Shown: piece after piece, positions 16,640 to 27,500 of the stretch
Layout: every line of letters begins with the position of its first letter
Position numbering within the stretch: the stretch's first letter is position 1
Assembly: GCA_045605805.1 (NCBI GenBank)
Contig: JAZUQR010000010.1
Span: 64,001-128,000 of the forward strand
Reading direction: 5' to 3'
Source of the DNA: Alphaproteobacteria bacterium
GTDB lineage: Bacteria; Pseudomonadota; Alphaproteobacteria; CAAHEQ01; UBA3637
DNA length: 64,000 bases
Program-made: the position numbers and the translations under genes
The notes under the pieces: model-generated
Database searches by the model: none
Told to the model about the DNA's origin: nothing
Seen by the model: the letters and a program-made list of their open reading frames with translations, nothing else

Positions 16640-18208
16640 ATGACTTCACAAGACCTTGTGACAAAACTTTGGGATGAAGCACGTCCTGTGATTCAAGAAG
16701 GGTTGGCCGTTTTGAATAAAACCCTTATTTTGGGTTTGCCGGCTTCTTCCATGCCGCCTGTTTCCAAAGAACAAGACACAGGCATTGGCTCTCCCTATGG
16801 CGAAGGGGCGGCTCGGGTATGGCGCTTTTGGCACAGTATTATTCACAAAATAATGATTGGACCGATTGGGAAGACCAGTGCGGTCACTTGGCATTCGCCC
16901 TATCTATCTTCATGGGATTACAATCCGTTTTTAATTGATTTGGAAAAATTGGTTCAACGCAAATGGCTTAGCAAAAAAACTTTGAATAAAATCTGGTACA
17001 CGCCAAAAAAAGATGGCTATATTGATTTTCATCAGGTTGAGTCCGACTATCTTATGGCGTTATCCGAAGCCCATCAAAAATCAAAATCTTTGCTTTCTTT
17101 TGACAGCTTTTGTAATCAGCTTTTGCGTGAACAAATGCAACGCACTTCTTTTTTATATGTGGGGGATATTCCCATCAACATTCCCACCAGAGTCAGCACA
17201 CGCCATCCTGATTGGTTTTTGAAAGATTGGAGTTTGGGGGCCCCTCCTGATCAATATTCGGATAAACCCCAAAAATGGGGATTTCCTGTCTTAAATCCAA
17301 ATAAACTTTTTTCATCCGATAAAACGCAGCCGTTGGGGCCGGCCGGCAGAATGTTCAAAAAATTGATGCGTTTTTATCTTGCCGGCAACAGGGGCGGCAT
17401 TCGTATTGACCATTTTATCGGGTGGGTTGATCCTTATTGTTTTTATACAGGCAAAAAAAATTATTCCAACGGCAGGCTTTATTCTTCCCCAAAACATCCC
17501 TTATTAAAGGCTTTTTATTTGAAAGATAAAAGACTATTCCAACGGATGACTCAATCTTTTTTAATGCCGTTTATTGATATTTTTCACCTTTCACCTATGG
17601 ATATTTTTCCGGAAGATTTGGGTATTCGGCCTCCCCAAATGGATAAGGTTTTGAAAACCTTTCGCTTGGGCCGAATGTTGCCTGTCCAATTTAACGAACC
17701 ACAAGACGGTACACATCTTTATCATTTAACTCAGGCACAAAAAGAAGACATTGCGGTGTTGGACACCCATGACAATCCACCTTTGTTGGCTTTTTTTGAA
17801 CAATTACCTTTTGAAAAAAGACGGGCTTTTGCCCAACAACTGGCCACAGATTTACGCTTTCATTATACAGATGATTTATGCCAACCGGTTTGGCTTTATC
17901 GGATGCAATGGGGGGCCGCTTTGGCCTCGCCTGCCAAGCGGGTGATGGTTTTCTTTCCCACTTTGATGGGACAGGAGGGACGATATAATATCCCCGGTAC
18001 TTTGGATTCGTGGCATCTAAGATGTATAGCCGATTTTGAACGACATTATTTCAATGCCTTAAAACAGGGAAAGGCTTTTAATCCGTTTGAGGCGATTTGT
18101 TTGGCTATTTATGCCAAAGGGGATGCTTTTTATCACCAGCACGAACCATTGGTTCATAAACTGAGAACTTTGGAAGCCGATTTTTTTAATGCGCTTCAAG
18201 CCTCATGA
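16640..18208 (+). CDS. malQ: 4-alpha-glucanotransferase (GH77)
   Basis: SPY, GAPPDQYS..Q.WGFP, RIDHFIG, EDLG, THDN, NIPGT. Confidence 0.85.
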   Translation: MTSQDLVTKLWDEARPVIQEGLAVLNKTLILGLPASSMPPVSKEQDTGIGSPYGEGAARVWRFWHSIIHKIMIGPIGKTSAVTWHSPYLSSWDYNPFLIDLEKLVQRKWLSKKTLNKIWYTPKKDGYIDFHQVESDYLMALSEAHQKSKSLLSFDSFCNQLLREQMQRTSFLYVGDIPINIPTRVSTRHPDWFLKDWSLGAPPDQYSDKPQKWGFPVLNPNKLFSSDKTQPLGPAGRMFKKLMRFYLAGNRGGIRIDHFIGWVDPYCFYTGKKNYSNGRLYSSPKHPLLKAFYLKDKRLFQRMTQSFLMPFIDIFHLSPMDIFPEDLGIRPPQMDKVLKTFRLGRMLPVQFNEPQDGTHLYHLTQAQKEDIAVLDTHDNPPLLAFFEQLPFEKRRAFAQQLATDLRFHYTDDLCQPVWLYRMQWGAALASPAKRVMVFFPTLMGQEGRYNIPGTLDSWHLRCIADFERHYFNALKQGKAFNPFEAICLAIYAKGDAFYHQHEPLVHKLRTLEADFFNALQAS

Positions 18209-18270
18209 TTTTACTTGACAAAAGCCTGTAAAAGATTATGCTAGACTATATATTATAAAAAGGAGATTTT

Positions 18271-19044
18271 ATGTCAAAAGTTGCTGTGATTATCCCTACT
18301 CGTTTAGGTTCTACTCGTTTGCCCAATAAGCCCTTGGCCATTGTGAACGGCAAAACCGTGATTCAACATGTTTATGAGCATGCTATTCAGGTTCACCCAA
18401 AAGAAGATGTGTACATTGCGGCCGGTGATGAAGCTATTGTGGAAGAAGCCAAAAAGTTTAATGCTCAATGTGTTTTAACGCCTGCCAGCTTACCTTCTGG
18501 AACAGACCGTATTGTTTGTGCGTTGAAAACCATTGACCCTGACGGCACAAAATATGACACCGTTGTCAATTTTCAAGGAGATGGTATCAATGTGGATCCA
18601 AAATTAAATATGCGTTTGGTGGAATTGTTGGAAAAAACTGGGGCTGATTGGGTGACTGTCGGTAAAAAAATTACCTGCCCAGACGAAATTCAAAATCCAA
18701 ACTATGTGAAGATTGCAATGGGCTTGAAAGACGGTGAAGATTATGGTCGGGCGCTTTATTTTTCCAGAAGTGCTGTGCCCTTTAATCGGGATAAAGATCC
18801 CCAAAAAGATTTTGCTTATTGGCATATTGGGATTTATGTGTATCGCACCGAGGCCTTAAAACGCTTTGTTGAATGCCCTGTGGGCATTTTGGAAGCCACC
18901 GAAAAATTGGAACAGCTGCGGGCATTGGAAAACGGCATGCAGATTTATGCGCTGATTGTACCAACCATTAAACTGATTGAAGATGCGCCCACCGATATCA
19001 ATACACCCGAGGAATTAGCCGAGGCACAAAAGTTTAATTTTTAA
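18271..19044 (+). CDS. kdsB: CMP-KDO synthetase
   Basis: IPTRLGSTRLPNKPL, SGTDR, NFQGD, ALYFSRS, HIGIY, EKLEQLRALE. Confidence 0.93.
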   Translation: MSKVAVIIPTRLGSTRLPNKPLAIVNGKTVIQHVYEHAIQVHPKEDVYIAAGDEAIVEEAKKFNAQCVLTPASLPSGTDRIVCALKTIDPDGTKYDTVVNFQGDGINVDPKLNMRLVELLEKTGADWVTVGKKITCPDEIQNPNYVKIAMGLKDGEDYGRALYFSRSAVPFNRDKDPQKDFAYWHIGIYVYRTEALKRFVECPVGILEATEKLEQLRALENGMQIYALIVPTIKLIEDAPTDINTPEELAEAQKFNF

Positions 19045-19053
19045 GGACATTTT

Positions 19054-21030
19054 ATGTTTTATTTAACCGGATTTCATTTAACCAAAGATCATGTTCAACG
19101 GCTTGTCAAGCTGACAAAAAGTGCCCCTTGGCCTAACAAAACCGTCCCTTTAATGGATGACCAAATGGGACAAAAATTGCCCGATCATACTGCTGTTTTG
19201 GTAAAAAATCCATCCGAACAAGAGTTGGTTCAATTGACCCGTCTTGCTCCCACAGCCATTGTAGATGCCAATGCATTAGATGCTTCGGTTCAATTTTTCT
19301 TAAAACGCATGGATGCCTTGAAAAGCAAAAACAAGATGGGTTTTTTATTGACTTGTCCTGTGATTTATGCGTGCAACATTGCCCAAAACATTGTATCGGC
19401 TTTGCAAGAGTTTATTCTTTTATCGGCCGATCAACAAGAAAGTATTCACTTTGCCCTTCACGAATCCATTGTGAATGGTTTGGTTCATGGTAATTTACAG
19501 ATCAACAGTTCTATGCGCCAATCGGCCCGAGATTTTATTGAATATGCCCGTTTATTGCATGACCGGTTAAATGATCCTAGCTATGCCCAAAAATCCATCA
19601 GTATCATTACCAGCTGGAACACCAAAAAATTGGAAATTAAAATTCGTGATGAAGGGGCGGGCTATGGTTCTACCACTTCTTCGGTGCGACAATCTTGTGC
19701 CATGCAGCACAAAACAGGCCGAGGCATTCGGATTATTGCAGGGGCGGCCGATTCTTGTACGATTGAAGATTTTGGACGAGAAATTACTTTATCCTTTTTA
19801 TTAAAAGAATCCAGCAATCCCCAGTGGACAAGTGGTTATTCAGAAGAAACTTCTTCCCAAAATGCATTGAACTTTTCCAAAGATTTATCTTCATCCAAGG
19901 TGTTGGTAATTGAAGACAATCCAAGCACACAAACTGTGTTAGGGCGACTTTTGAATTTAATCAGCATTGATGATGTCTCTTTTGCCTGTGATGGCGTTGA
20001 AGGCCTTAAATTAGCACATGACATCAAACCCGATTTAATTATTTTAGATATTACCATGCCTCGTATGGATGGTTATGAAGTGATTCAACACTTAAAAAAT
20101 GATGCCTCAACTGCCACCATTCCTGTTTTAATTCAAACGGCTTCGGATAATCGGGAAACCAGAGAAAAAACTTTCAGGGCTGGCGCAACCGACTTTATTA
20201 CTAAACCCATCAATCCCTTAGAGTTCTTTTCTCGGGTGCGTGTTCATTTGGAAAACCGGTTATTGGTGCGTCATTTATCCACTCAATTAGAACAGATTGA
20301 ATCCGAACTTCATTCTGCCAGACGCATGCAAATTGATATGCTTCCGAAAGACGATGTCTTAAAGACCTTGCAACAAGATTATCGTTTAACGATTGCACAT
20401 CATTTTGCCCCTTCCTCATTGCTGGGAGGAGACTTTTGGCAAATTATTCCCATATCGGCCAACAAAGTCGGCTTTTATATTTGTGACTTTTCCGGACATG
20501 GTGTGGCCAGTGCCTTGAATACTTTCCGTTTACATGCTTTGGTCAGCCAAAACAACCGCCGTATTCATTCTCCGGCTGATTTTTTGAAAAAACTCAACAA
20601 GCAAATGCACACTCTTTTGCCCCGGGGCCAGTTTGCCACTTTGTTTTTGGGGATTTATGACAAACGCAAAAAAACTTTGCTTTTTTCGGGGGCGGGTGCG
20701 CCAAATCCGATTTGGATTCATCAAAACAAACAACTTTCTTTGAACGCAGAGGGGATGCCTTTGGGGATTGTGACCAATCCCACTTATCAAGATACAATCA
20801 TTCGTTTGACAAAAGGGGATTCTTTACTGCTGTACAGTGATGCGCTGACAGAATCTTTAACCACAAAGGGGTTGCGTTTGGGCGATACCGCCTTTAAGCG
20901 GATGGTTAAAAAACATATTGTTGGGACAGATCCCAATGCGGGTTTGGATGAATTGATGCAACATTTTTTCAAATTAGCCCCTCCGCCCCCCTCGGACGAT
21001 GTGACAGCCGTGTTATTGAAGTGGGAGTAA
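19054..21030 (+). CDS. Fused RsbW-like HATPase + REC + SpoIIE/PP2C phosphatase
   Basis: ALHESIVNGLVHGN, IRDEGAG, GRG; VIEDN, PDLIILDITMP, FITKP; GGDF, DFSGHG, YSDAL, DDVT. Confidence 0.85.
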   Translation: MFYLTGFHLTKDHVQRLVKLTKSAPWPNKTVPLMDDQMGQKLPDHTAVLVKNPSEQELVQLTRLAPTAIVDANALDASVQFFLKRMDALKSKNKMGFLLTCPVIYACNIAQNIVSALQEFILLSADQQESIHFALHESIVNGLVHGNLQINSSMRQSARDFIEYARLLHDRLNDPSYAQKSISIITSWNTKKLEIKIRDEGAGYGSTTSSVRQSCAMQHKTGRGIRIIAGAADSCTIEDFGREITLSFLLKESSNPQWTSGYSEETSSQNALNFSKDLSSSKVLVIEDNPSTQTVLGRLLNLISIDDVSFACDGVEGLKLAHDIKPDLIILDITMPRMDGYEVIQHLKNDASTATIPVLIQTASDNRETREKTFRAGATDFITKPINPLEFFSRVRVHLENRLLVRHLSTQLEQIESELHSARRMQIDMLPKDDVLKTLQQDYRLTIAHHFAPSSLLGGDFWQIIPISANKVGFYICDFSGHGVASALNTFRLHALVSQNNRRIHSPADFLKKLNKQMHTLLPRGQFATLFLGIYDKRKKTLLFSGAGAPNPIWIHQNKQLSLNAEGMPLGIVTNPTYQDTIIRLTKGDSLLLYSDALTESLTTKGLRLGDTAFKRMVKKHIVGTDPNAGLDELMQHFFKLAPPPPSDDVTAVLLKWE

Positions 21031-21032
21031 AA

Positions 21033-21749
21033 ATGATTCGCTTATATGTTTCGGAGCCCTTATTAAAAGATATTGTGATTGCTTTGGATGACAAGGCTCA
21101 ACACTATCTTTTGCATGTTATGCGCCAACATGACGGTGATGTTTTATTATGTTTTAACGGCACAGATGGGGAATGGAAATGCCGCTTGACGATGACTGGA
21201 AAAAAGAAGGCTGTTTTGCAGGTTTTGGAACAAACTCGCCCGCAAACTCAACCCGAATTTTGTGCCATTTGTCCGGCTTTGATTAAAAAAGACAATATGG
21301 ATATTATTCTTCAAAAGGCCACAGAGTTGGGGGTGACAGATATTTATCCCATTTTAAGCGAACACACCTCACACCCACACTTTAATATGCCTCATGCTTT
21401 GGCTGTGGTGAAAGAGGCGGCCGAACAATGCGAACGCTTGACTCTGCCTGTGATTCATTCTCCTATGCCGTTAGTGGATTTAAGTAAAAACTTGCCCTCA
21501 GATTGTGCTTGTTATTATTTGGCGGAACGACAGGCGGCGTCCTCTTTATTGCCTGAGCGTGGGCCGGTTGCTTTTGTGGTTGGGCCAGAGGGCGGATGGA
21601 GTGAAAAAGAAAATCTGTTTTTCCAAAAGTCCGATTTTATCCCTTTGCACTTTGATGTGGGTATTTTAAGGGCAGAAACGGCCTGTATTGCGATTTTGTC
21701 TTGTTGGCAGATTGGACGCCATTTACAAAAAAATAACTTGCATTTTTGA
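21033..21749 (+). CDS. rsmE: 16S rRNA m3U1498 methyltransferase
   Basis: HYLLHVMR, QKATELGV, EAAEQCER, VGPEGGW, ILRAETA. Confidence 0.93.
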   Translation: MIRLYVSEPLLKDIVIALDDKAQHYLLHVMRQHDGDVLLCFNGTDGEWKCRLTMTGKKKAVLQVLEQTRPQTQPEFCAICPALIKKDNMDIILQKATELGVTDIYPILSEHTSHPHFNMPHALAVVKEAAEQCERLTLPVIHSPMPLVDLSKNLPSDCACYYLAERQAASSLLPERGPVAFVVGPEGGWSEKENLFFQKSDFIPLHFDVGILRAETACIAILSCWQIGRHLQKNNLHF

Positions 21750-21785
21750 TAAAGGGTTGCTAGTATCAAAAGAAAGGGAGTTATT

Positions 21786-22667
21786 ATGAGAAAGAAAAAA
21801 TCTTTTTTTGCTTTGATGGTATTGTGTGTCGGTTTGTTTTCCGCCCACGCCCAAGCCTCGCTTGTTGTTTGTCAAGATGGATCTTGTCAAAAAGTTTTAG
21901 ATCAAGCCGATTTTCTGCCTTGGTTAAAAAAACTGCATGCTTATTTCAAAACCCCCAATGCTCGGATTGATTTTTGTGAAGCAGAGGCGCAAAAGCGTTC
22001 CTGTTTGGCTGAGGGGTTGAATTGGACGGCCCAATCTGCTTTGGCGCCTGTCTCTTTTTCAACAAAGGTTGCCCGTACGGCCCCCTTTAAGAACACGCTT
22101 TTATTGGATTATTTAATTACAGCCAATTCTTCTTGGCCCGATTGTTCATACGCTTTAACTACATTTGACAAATCATCGGATAATTCCATCCGTATGGTAT
22201 CGCATGCATTTGAATGTCAATTGGCAGATTTTAGCAAAACACACCTTCAAAACTCGTTTTTCATTGATTACATCAACTTTGATGATGGTAAAATCGGGGC
22301 AAAATATGTGATTCAAATCAATGGGGCGGTGAATGGACAAGCCGCCGGATATGCCGTTATGACTTTCAGAGACGGCAACACTTTGCGTCCATTGATTCAC
22401 CAAACAAATGTTGCGGATATGCCAGCACCACCTTCTTTGGCAGAGGCCAAACAAATTATACATCAACATCAATTGAATAACCCCAATCAACAGAAATCTA
22501 AATGGGAGATTTTCTCAGATGGTGTGAAGAATTGGTGGGGACAATTGAAAGATTCGTTTAACTTGGATATTGAAGAAGAACCCATTGAAGCCAAGGAGAA
22601 TCCTTCTTGGTGGGATAAGTTCACCGATAAGTTTATGAAAATTCTTTATTTAGAACCTCTGGATTAA
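21786..22667 (+). CDS. Secreted hypothetical protein
   Basis: RBS, signal peptide AQA, six Cys in mature part; no family recognised. Confidence 0.65.
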   Translation: MRKKKSFFALMVLCVGLFSAHAQASLVVCQDGSCQKVLDQADFLPWLKKLHAYFKTPNARIDFCEAEAQKRSCLAEGLNWTAQSALAPVSFSTKVARTAPFKNTLLLDYLITANSSWPDCSYALTTFDKSSDNSIRMVSHAFECQLADFSKTHLQNSFFIDYINFDDGKIGAKYVIQINGAVNGQAAGYAVMTFRDGNTLRPLIHQTNVADMPAPPSLAEAKQIIHQHQLNNPNQQKSKWEIFSDGVKNWWGQLKDSFNLDIEEEPIEAKENPSWWDKFTDKFMKILYLEPLD

Positions 22668-22678
22668 AAGGATAGTAT

Positions 22679-23944
22679 ATGGCAAAAACAATTGAAATTT
22701 CCCGTTTATCAAACGGCATTCAAGTTATCACAGACACACAACCTTCGTTAGATTCCGTCACATTGGGGGCATGGGTTGGTGTTGGGTCACGCTTTGAAAA
22801 AAAAGAAGAAAGCGGTATTTCCCATTTTTTGGAGCATATGGCTTTTAAGGGAACAACCAACCGTTCCACTTTGCAAATTGCCAAAGAGATTGAACAAGTT
22901 GGCGGTTTTATCAATGCCTATACTGGCCAAGATGTGACAGCCTATCATGCTCGGATGCTAAAAAAAGACATGGATATTGGGTTGGATATTATTGCCGATA
23001 TTACCCAACACGCCACGATGAACGAAAAGGAATTAAACACAGAAAAAGGTGTGATTATTCAAGAAATCAATATGTATAAAGATCAACCGCATGCTGTGGC
23101 AGAAGAAAACTTTGATGCAGTGGCTTATCCGAATCAACCATTGGGGCGTTCTGTGGCCGGCAATGCCAAAGTGATTTTGGCTATGACACCCGAAAAAATG
23201 TTGACTTATATGAAAACGCATTACACGCCCAACCGGATTGTGGTCAGTGCTGTGGGGGCCATCAAGCATGATGCGTTTGTGAAAAAGTGCGAAAAATTGT
23301 TTTGTGATTTTGAACAAAAACCGGCCGTAGTGGCCGAACCTGCCCATTACAAAGGCGGTTTCAAATATGTGAAAAAAGCCAACGAGCAAGTGAACCTTAT
23401 TTTGGGCTTTGAAGGAGAATCGTATTTTTCAGAAGATATTTGGAAATCAAAATTGTTGTCCATGATTTTGGGGGGCGGTATGACAAGTCGCTTGTTCCAA
23501 GAAATTCGTGAAAAGCGTGGGTTGGTCTACACCGTTCATGCTTATTCTTCGGCCGAAACGGACACCGGTATTTTTGGCATTTATGCCGGCACAGGCAAAA
23601 AAGAATTGGGTGTTTTGATGCCTGTGTTGTTGAATGAGCTTAAAAAAGTTTCGTGCAAGGTGACGGATGAAGAAGTGGCACAAGCCCAAACTCGTTTGGA
23701 AGCGGCTTTGTTGATGCGCAATGAAGAATTGTCTGACCATGCTGATTTGCATGCCATTGAGCTGTTGCGTTATGGCAAGGTGCGTTCCAAAGCCTCGCTT
23801 GTGAAAGCCATTCGTTCTGTGACAGCCAAAGACATACAAACCTATGCGGCCAAGATTTTTGCCACAACGCCCACTGTTTCATGTTTGGGGCCGGTTCAAA
23901 ATATGATGTCGTATGACGATATTGTGAAAACTTTGAAAGCGTGA
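22679..23944 (+). CDS. M16 zinc peptidase (MPP-like)
   Basis: GISHFLEHMAFKGT (HxxEH), NAYT, SRLFQEIREKRGLVY. Confidence 0.92.
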   Translation: MAKTIEISRLSNGIQVITDTQPSLDSVTLGAWVGVGSRFEKKEESGISHFLEHMAFKGTTNRSTLQIAKEIEQVGGFINAYTGQDVTAYHARMLKKDMDIGLDIIADITQHATMNEKELNTEKGVIIQEINMYKDQPHAVAEENFDAVAYPNQPLGRSVAGNAKVILAMTPEKMLTYMKTHYTPNRIVVSAVGAIKHDAFVKKCEKLFCDFEQKPAVVAEPAHYKGGFKYVKKANEQVNLILGFEGESYFSEDIWKSKLLSMILGGGMTSRLFQEIREKRGLVYTVHAYSSAETDTGIFGIYAGTGKKELGVLMPVLLNELKKVSCKVTDEEVAQAQTRLEAALLMRNEELSDHADLHAIELLRYGKVRSKASLVKAIRSVTAKDIQTYAAKIFATTPTVSCLGPVQNMMSYDDIVKTLKA

Positions 23945-23945
23945 T

Positions 23946-24566
23946 ATGCCCGATTTTTCCTTTGAACAGCAATATGCCGCGGGCGGATTTGTGTTTGGTT
24001 TTGATGAAGCGGGGCGTGGCCCTTGGTGTGGCCCAGTGGTGGCCGCCTGCGTCTGTTGGCCTCAGTTGAAGATAGATGCCAAATTGGCAAGGCAAATCAA
24101 TGATTCCAAAAAGTTGACTGCCAAAAAGCGAGAGGTTTTGTTTGATTTGATTATGGCTTCGCCTGCCCTTGTGGGGGTTGGACAAGCCAGCGCCCAAGAA
24201 ATTGACCGTTTGAACATTTTACAGGCCACTTTTTTAGCCATGCAACGAGCGTTGGAGCAAGTGCAACAGCAAGGTCACAAGGTGGATTTTGTGTTGATTG
24301 ACGGCAACCGTTTGCCCAAATGGGATATGCCTTGCAAGGCTTTGATTAAAGGGGATTCGTTAAGCCTTTCCATTGCTTCGGCCAGCATTATTGCCAAAGT
24401 GACCCGAGACAGATTGATGTGTGCTTTGGCCAAAGAATGGCCCGCCTATGGGTGGGATAAAAATGCCGGCTATGGCACAAAGGAACATCTTTTGGCTCTT
24501 GAACAATATGGCGTCACCCCTCATCACAGAAAATCCTATCGCCCTGTTCAAAAGTTATTGGGTTGA
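23946..24566 (+). CDS. rnhB: Ribonuclease HII
   Basis: DEAGRGP, DSKKL, IDGN, KGD, IASASIIAKV, GYGT. Confidence 0.95.
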   Translation: MPDFSFEQQYAAGGFVFGFDEAGRGPWCGPVVAACVCWPQLKIDAKLARQINDSKKLTAKKREVLFDLIMASPALVGVGQASAQEIDRLNILQATFLAMQRALEQVQQQGHKVDFVLIDGNRLPKWDMPCKALIKGDSLSLSIASASIIAKVTRDRLMCALAKEWPAYGWDKNAGYGTKEHLLALEQYGVTPHHRKSYRPVQKLLG

Positions 24567-27500
24567 TTAAGGGTCTCTGTTTTCACCGGAGTAGTCACCT
24601 GTTTTAACTGTGTTATTTGCGTCACAGTTTGTTGTGTGCTCTAGACTGTTACTGTTTCCACACAGCTTTCCAGGAGTTGTACAACCGTATTCTCTCCATT
24701 TTCTGTCGTGACTTTTCGGCGGGCATATGCTGGTTGGAGCAACCTCCCCCTTCTCAATACATGTTCCATCACCTTGTGCCATATCTGTGCACCCACACTG
24801 CGTTCTTACAGCACAATTCGCACAGCTTCCATTGTGGCAGTGTTTACCAGGGCCACAATGGTCATGCAAGGTGCATTGCACACATTGTTGCTTGTTGGTG
24901 TCCCACTTTGACGTGTTCGTTGGACAGGCTATACACTCACCATTCTTCCATATTGGCGTGTTCGTTGGGCAGGGCTCACATGTTTTGTTTGTGGCGTTCC
25001 AAACTGGGTTTGTTGGATCTGCTGCGGCACAGGTCGCGCAGGCAGAACCATCCCAAGCTGGTTTGTTTTGATATACTGAAACACAAGGCACGCATGTTTT
25101 ACTTGTGGCGTTCCAAACTGGTCTTGTTGAATCTGCTACGGCACATGACACACATTCTTTCTTTGTGTCGTTCCAAACTGGTGTGTTCTCATTTGCTGCG
25201 GCACAGGTCACGCATGTTTTTCTTGTGGCGTCCCAAACTGGTGTGTCTGAATTGTTATCGGCACAGGTCACACAGGCGTTTCCGTCCCAAAACGGTTCCT
25301 CTGATGGGCATTCTGAACAAGAGTTGTTTTCACATTTTGGTGCGGCGCCAGGGCAATGGCTGTGTTCTGTACATTGTACACATGTGTTATTATTTGTGTT
25401 GTCAGCGTCCACTTTACAAACTCTTTTGTCAATGACCTCCCCACTTGACCTTTTGTTTTGCCGTGGGTTATAGCTTGAATGATCTACGGTGCTACCACAC
25501 CCCAAATCTGTCCAATTGGAGGAAATGGAATCATAACATTTCACACATTTTTCATTATATAGATCCCAAACTGGGGTCTCCGCTGGGCAGGCCTCACATG
25601 TAGTTCCGTTCCAAACAGGCGTTTTTTCGTTATATCTGAAACACGAAACACAACGATTGCGCCACGCATCCCAGACGGGCGTTTTGCTATCCTTTGATGG
25701 ATCTTCGGGATCCTTTGTTTTATCACATTGACAGGTTTTGTCGCCTTCATTTGGTACCATTGTGGTGTTGCACCCAGCCACACACAAACCATTTTCCAAA
25801 TCACACCATTCGCCCGGGCAATCTCCTCCTTTTGTACACGCCACACATTTATTCCCCGCACATAATCCTTTTTTACAATCCTCATTTTCCAAACATTCCA
25901 CACAGGCGGTTCCGTTCCAAAATGGTGTGGCTGAATTGTTGGCGGCACAGGTCACGCACTCAAAACCATTCCAAGCTGGGGTGTTCTCTGGGCAGGCCTC
26001 ACAGGTAGTTCCATTCCAGTGTTCGCCCTCTGGGCAGGCCTCACAGGTAGTTCCATTCCAAACTGGTGTGTCTGAATTGTTGACGGCACAGGTCACGCAC
26101 TCAGAACCATTCCACTTTGGCGTGGCCTCTGGGCAGACCTCACAGGTAGTTCCATTCCAAACTGGTGTGACCTCATCTACGTCGGCACAGGTCACGCAGG
26201 AAAAACTATTCCATATTGGCCTGTTCGTTGGGCAGGCCTCACATTCTTCTGATGTGGTTGCGCCGGTGCCAGCGGTGGTTTGATTATCACCACAGAATAT
26301 ACAACCTTCATTACCTGCCGAGATTTTATATGTACCCTTGTCACATGGGGTGCAAGTGCCGTCGTCTTTTAATGTATAGCCGGCCTTACACTGGCATTGA
26401 TCGCCGCTCCATTCACTATTTGTTGGGCAGGCCTCACATGCTTCACTTGTGCTATTCCACTTTGGCGTGTCCTCTGGGCAGGCCTCACATTCTGTGCCAC
26501 TCCAAACTGGTTTTTTTTGATCTGCTACGGCACAGGTCACGCATTGTCCCTTTTCTTCTATGACCTTCCAAACTGGTGTGTTCTCATTTGCTGCGGCGCA
26601 GGTCACGCATGTGTGATAAACTTTATCGCATACTGGTGTATCCTCAGAGCAAGACCATTCGCTTTCGGCACCAAAATCTCCATAACATTCCTGACAGGCC
26701 GTTCCATGTTTATTTTCATCTTCGCAGCCGCAGGTGTAGTCGGTCTTACAGATTTGATTGCCTTCGCAATTATCCTTTTCTGTACATTGCACGCAGGCCT
26801 CTCCGTTCCAATATGGCGTGGCCTCATCTACGTCGGCACAGGTCACGCAGTCGTTTCCGTCCCAAAACGTATCAGCTTGGCAGGCCTCACATTCTGTGTC
26901 ATTCCACTTTGGCTTGTCCTCTGGGCAGGCCTCACAGGTAGTTCCATTCCAGTGTTCGCCCTCTGGGCAGACGCAGGTGTTGCTTTCACATACTTTCCCC
27001 CCTGAACAATCAGCAGTTTGCACACACTCCTCACATTGATTTGTTGTATCATTCCAGTGTTCGTTCTCTGGGCAGGTACAGCTACATACATTGTCATTCC
27101 ATGACCGTCCTCCCTCCCCACATGACGCTTGTTTTTGATAACATGTGCCGTCATACCAGCAACCGTTTTGGGTGGTACAAGCCGTTTTCTCTGTACAGGG
27201 AGATGTTGTGCTTCCCGGTACACAGGGGCAGGTGTCCTTTGGCATACACACACCAGCCTCACACCACTCCATCCCCTGTGTCTTTGTACATTTGTCTGCA
27301 TCGCAGTGTAGCTTTCTTAGGTCTGTATCAGCTATTGCACAACCACACAGAGTGTAGTTTTGGGTACTAGTCTCCATTGCCGTTAAAACTTTACCCTCGT
27401 CATCACAACAGACATTCTCATATCCTTTTGAACCATCTGGGCAACCACAGGCATCTGAATCATCACATATTTCAATTCCGCCTAACACTGTATAACAGTT

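Noticed and set aside
24900-27100. CRISPR array
   Set aside because: Repeats are in-frame coding modules of variable sequence within one ORF; no cas genes
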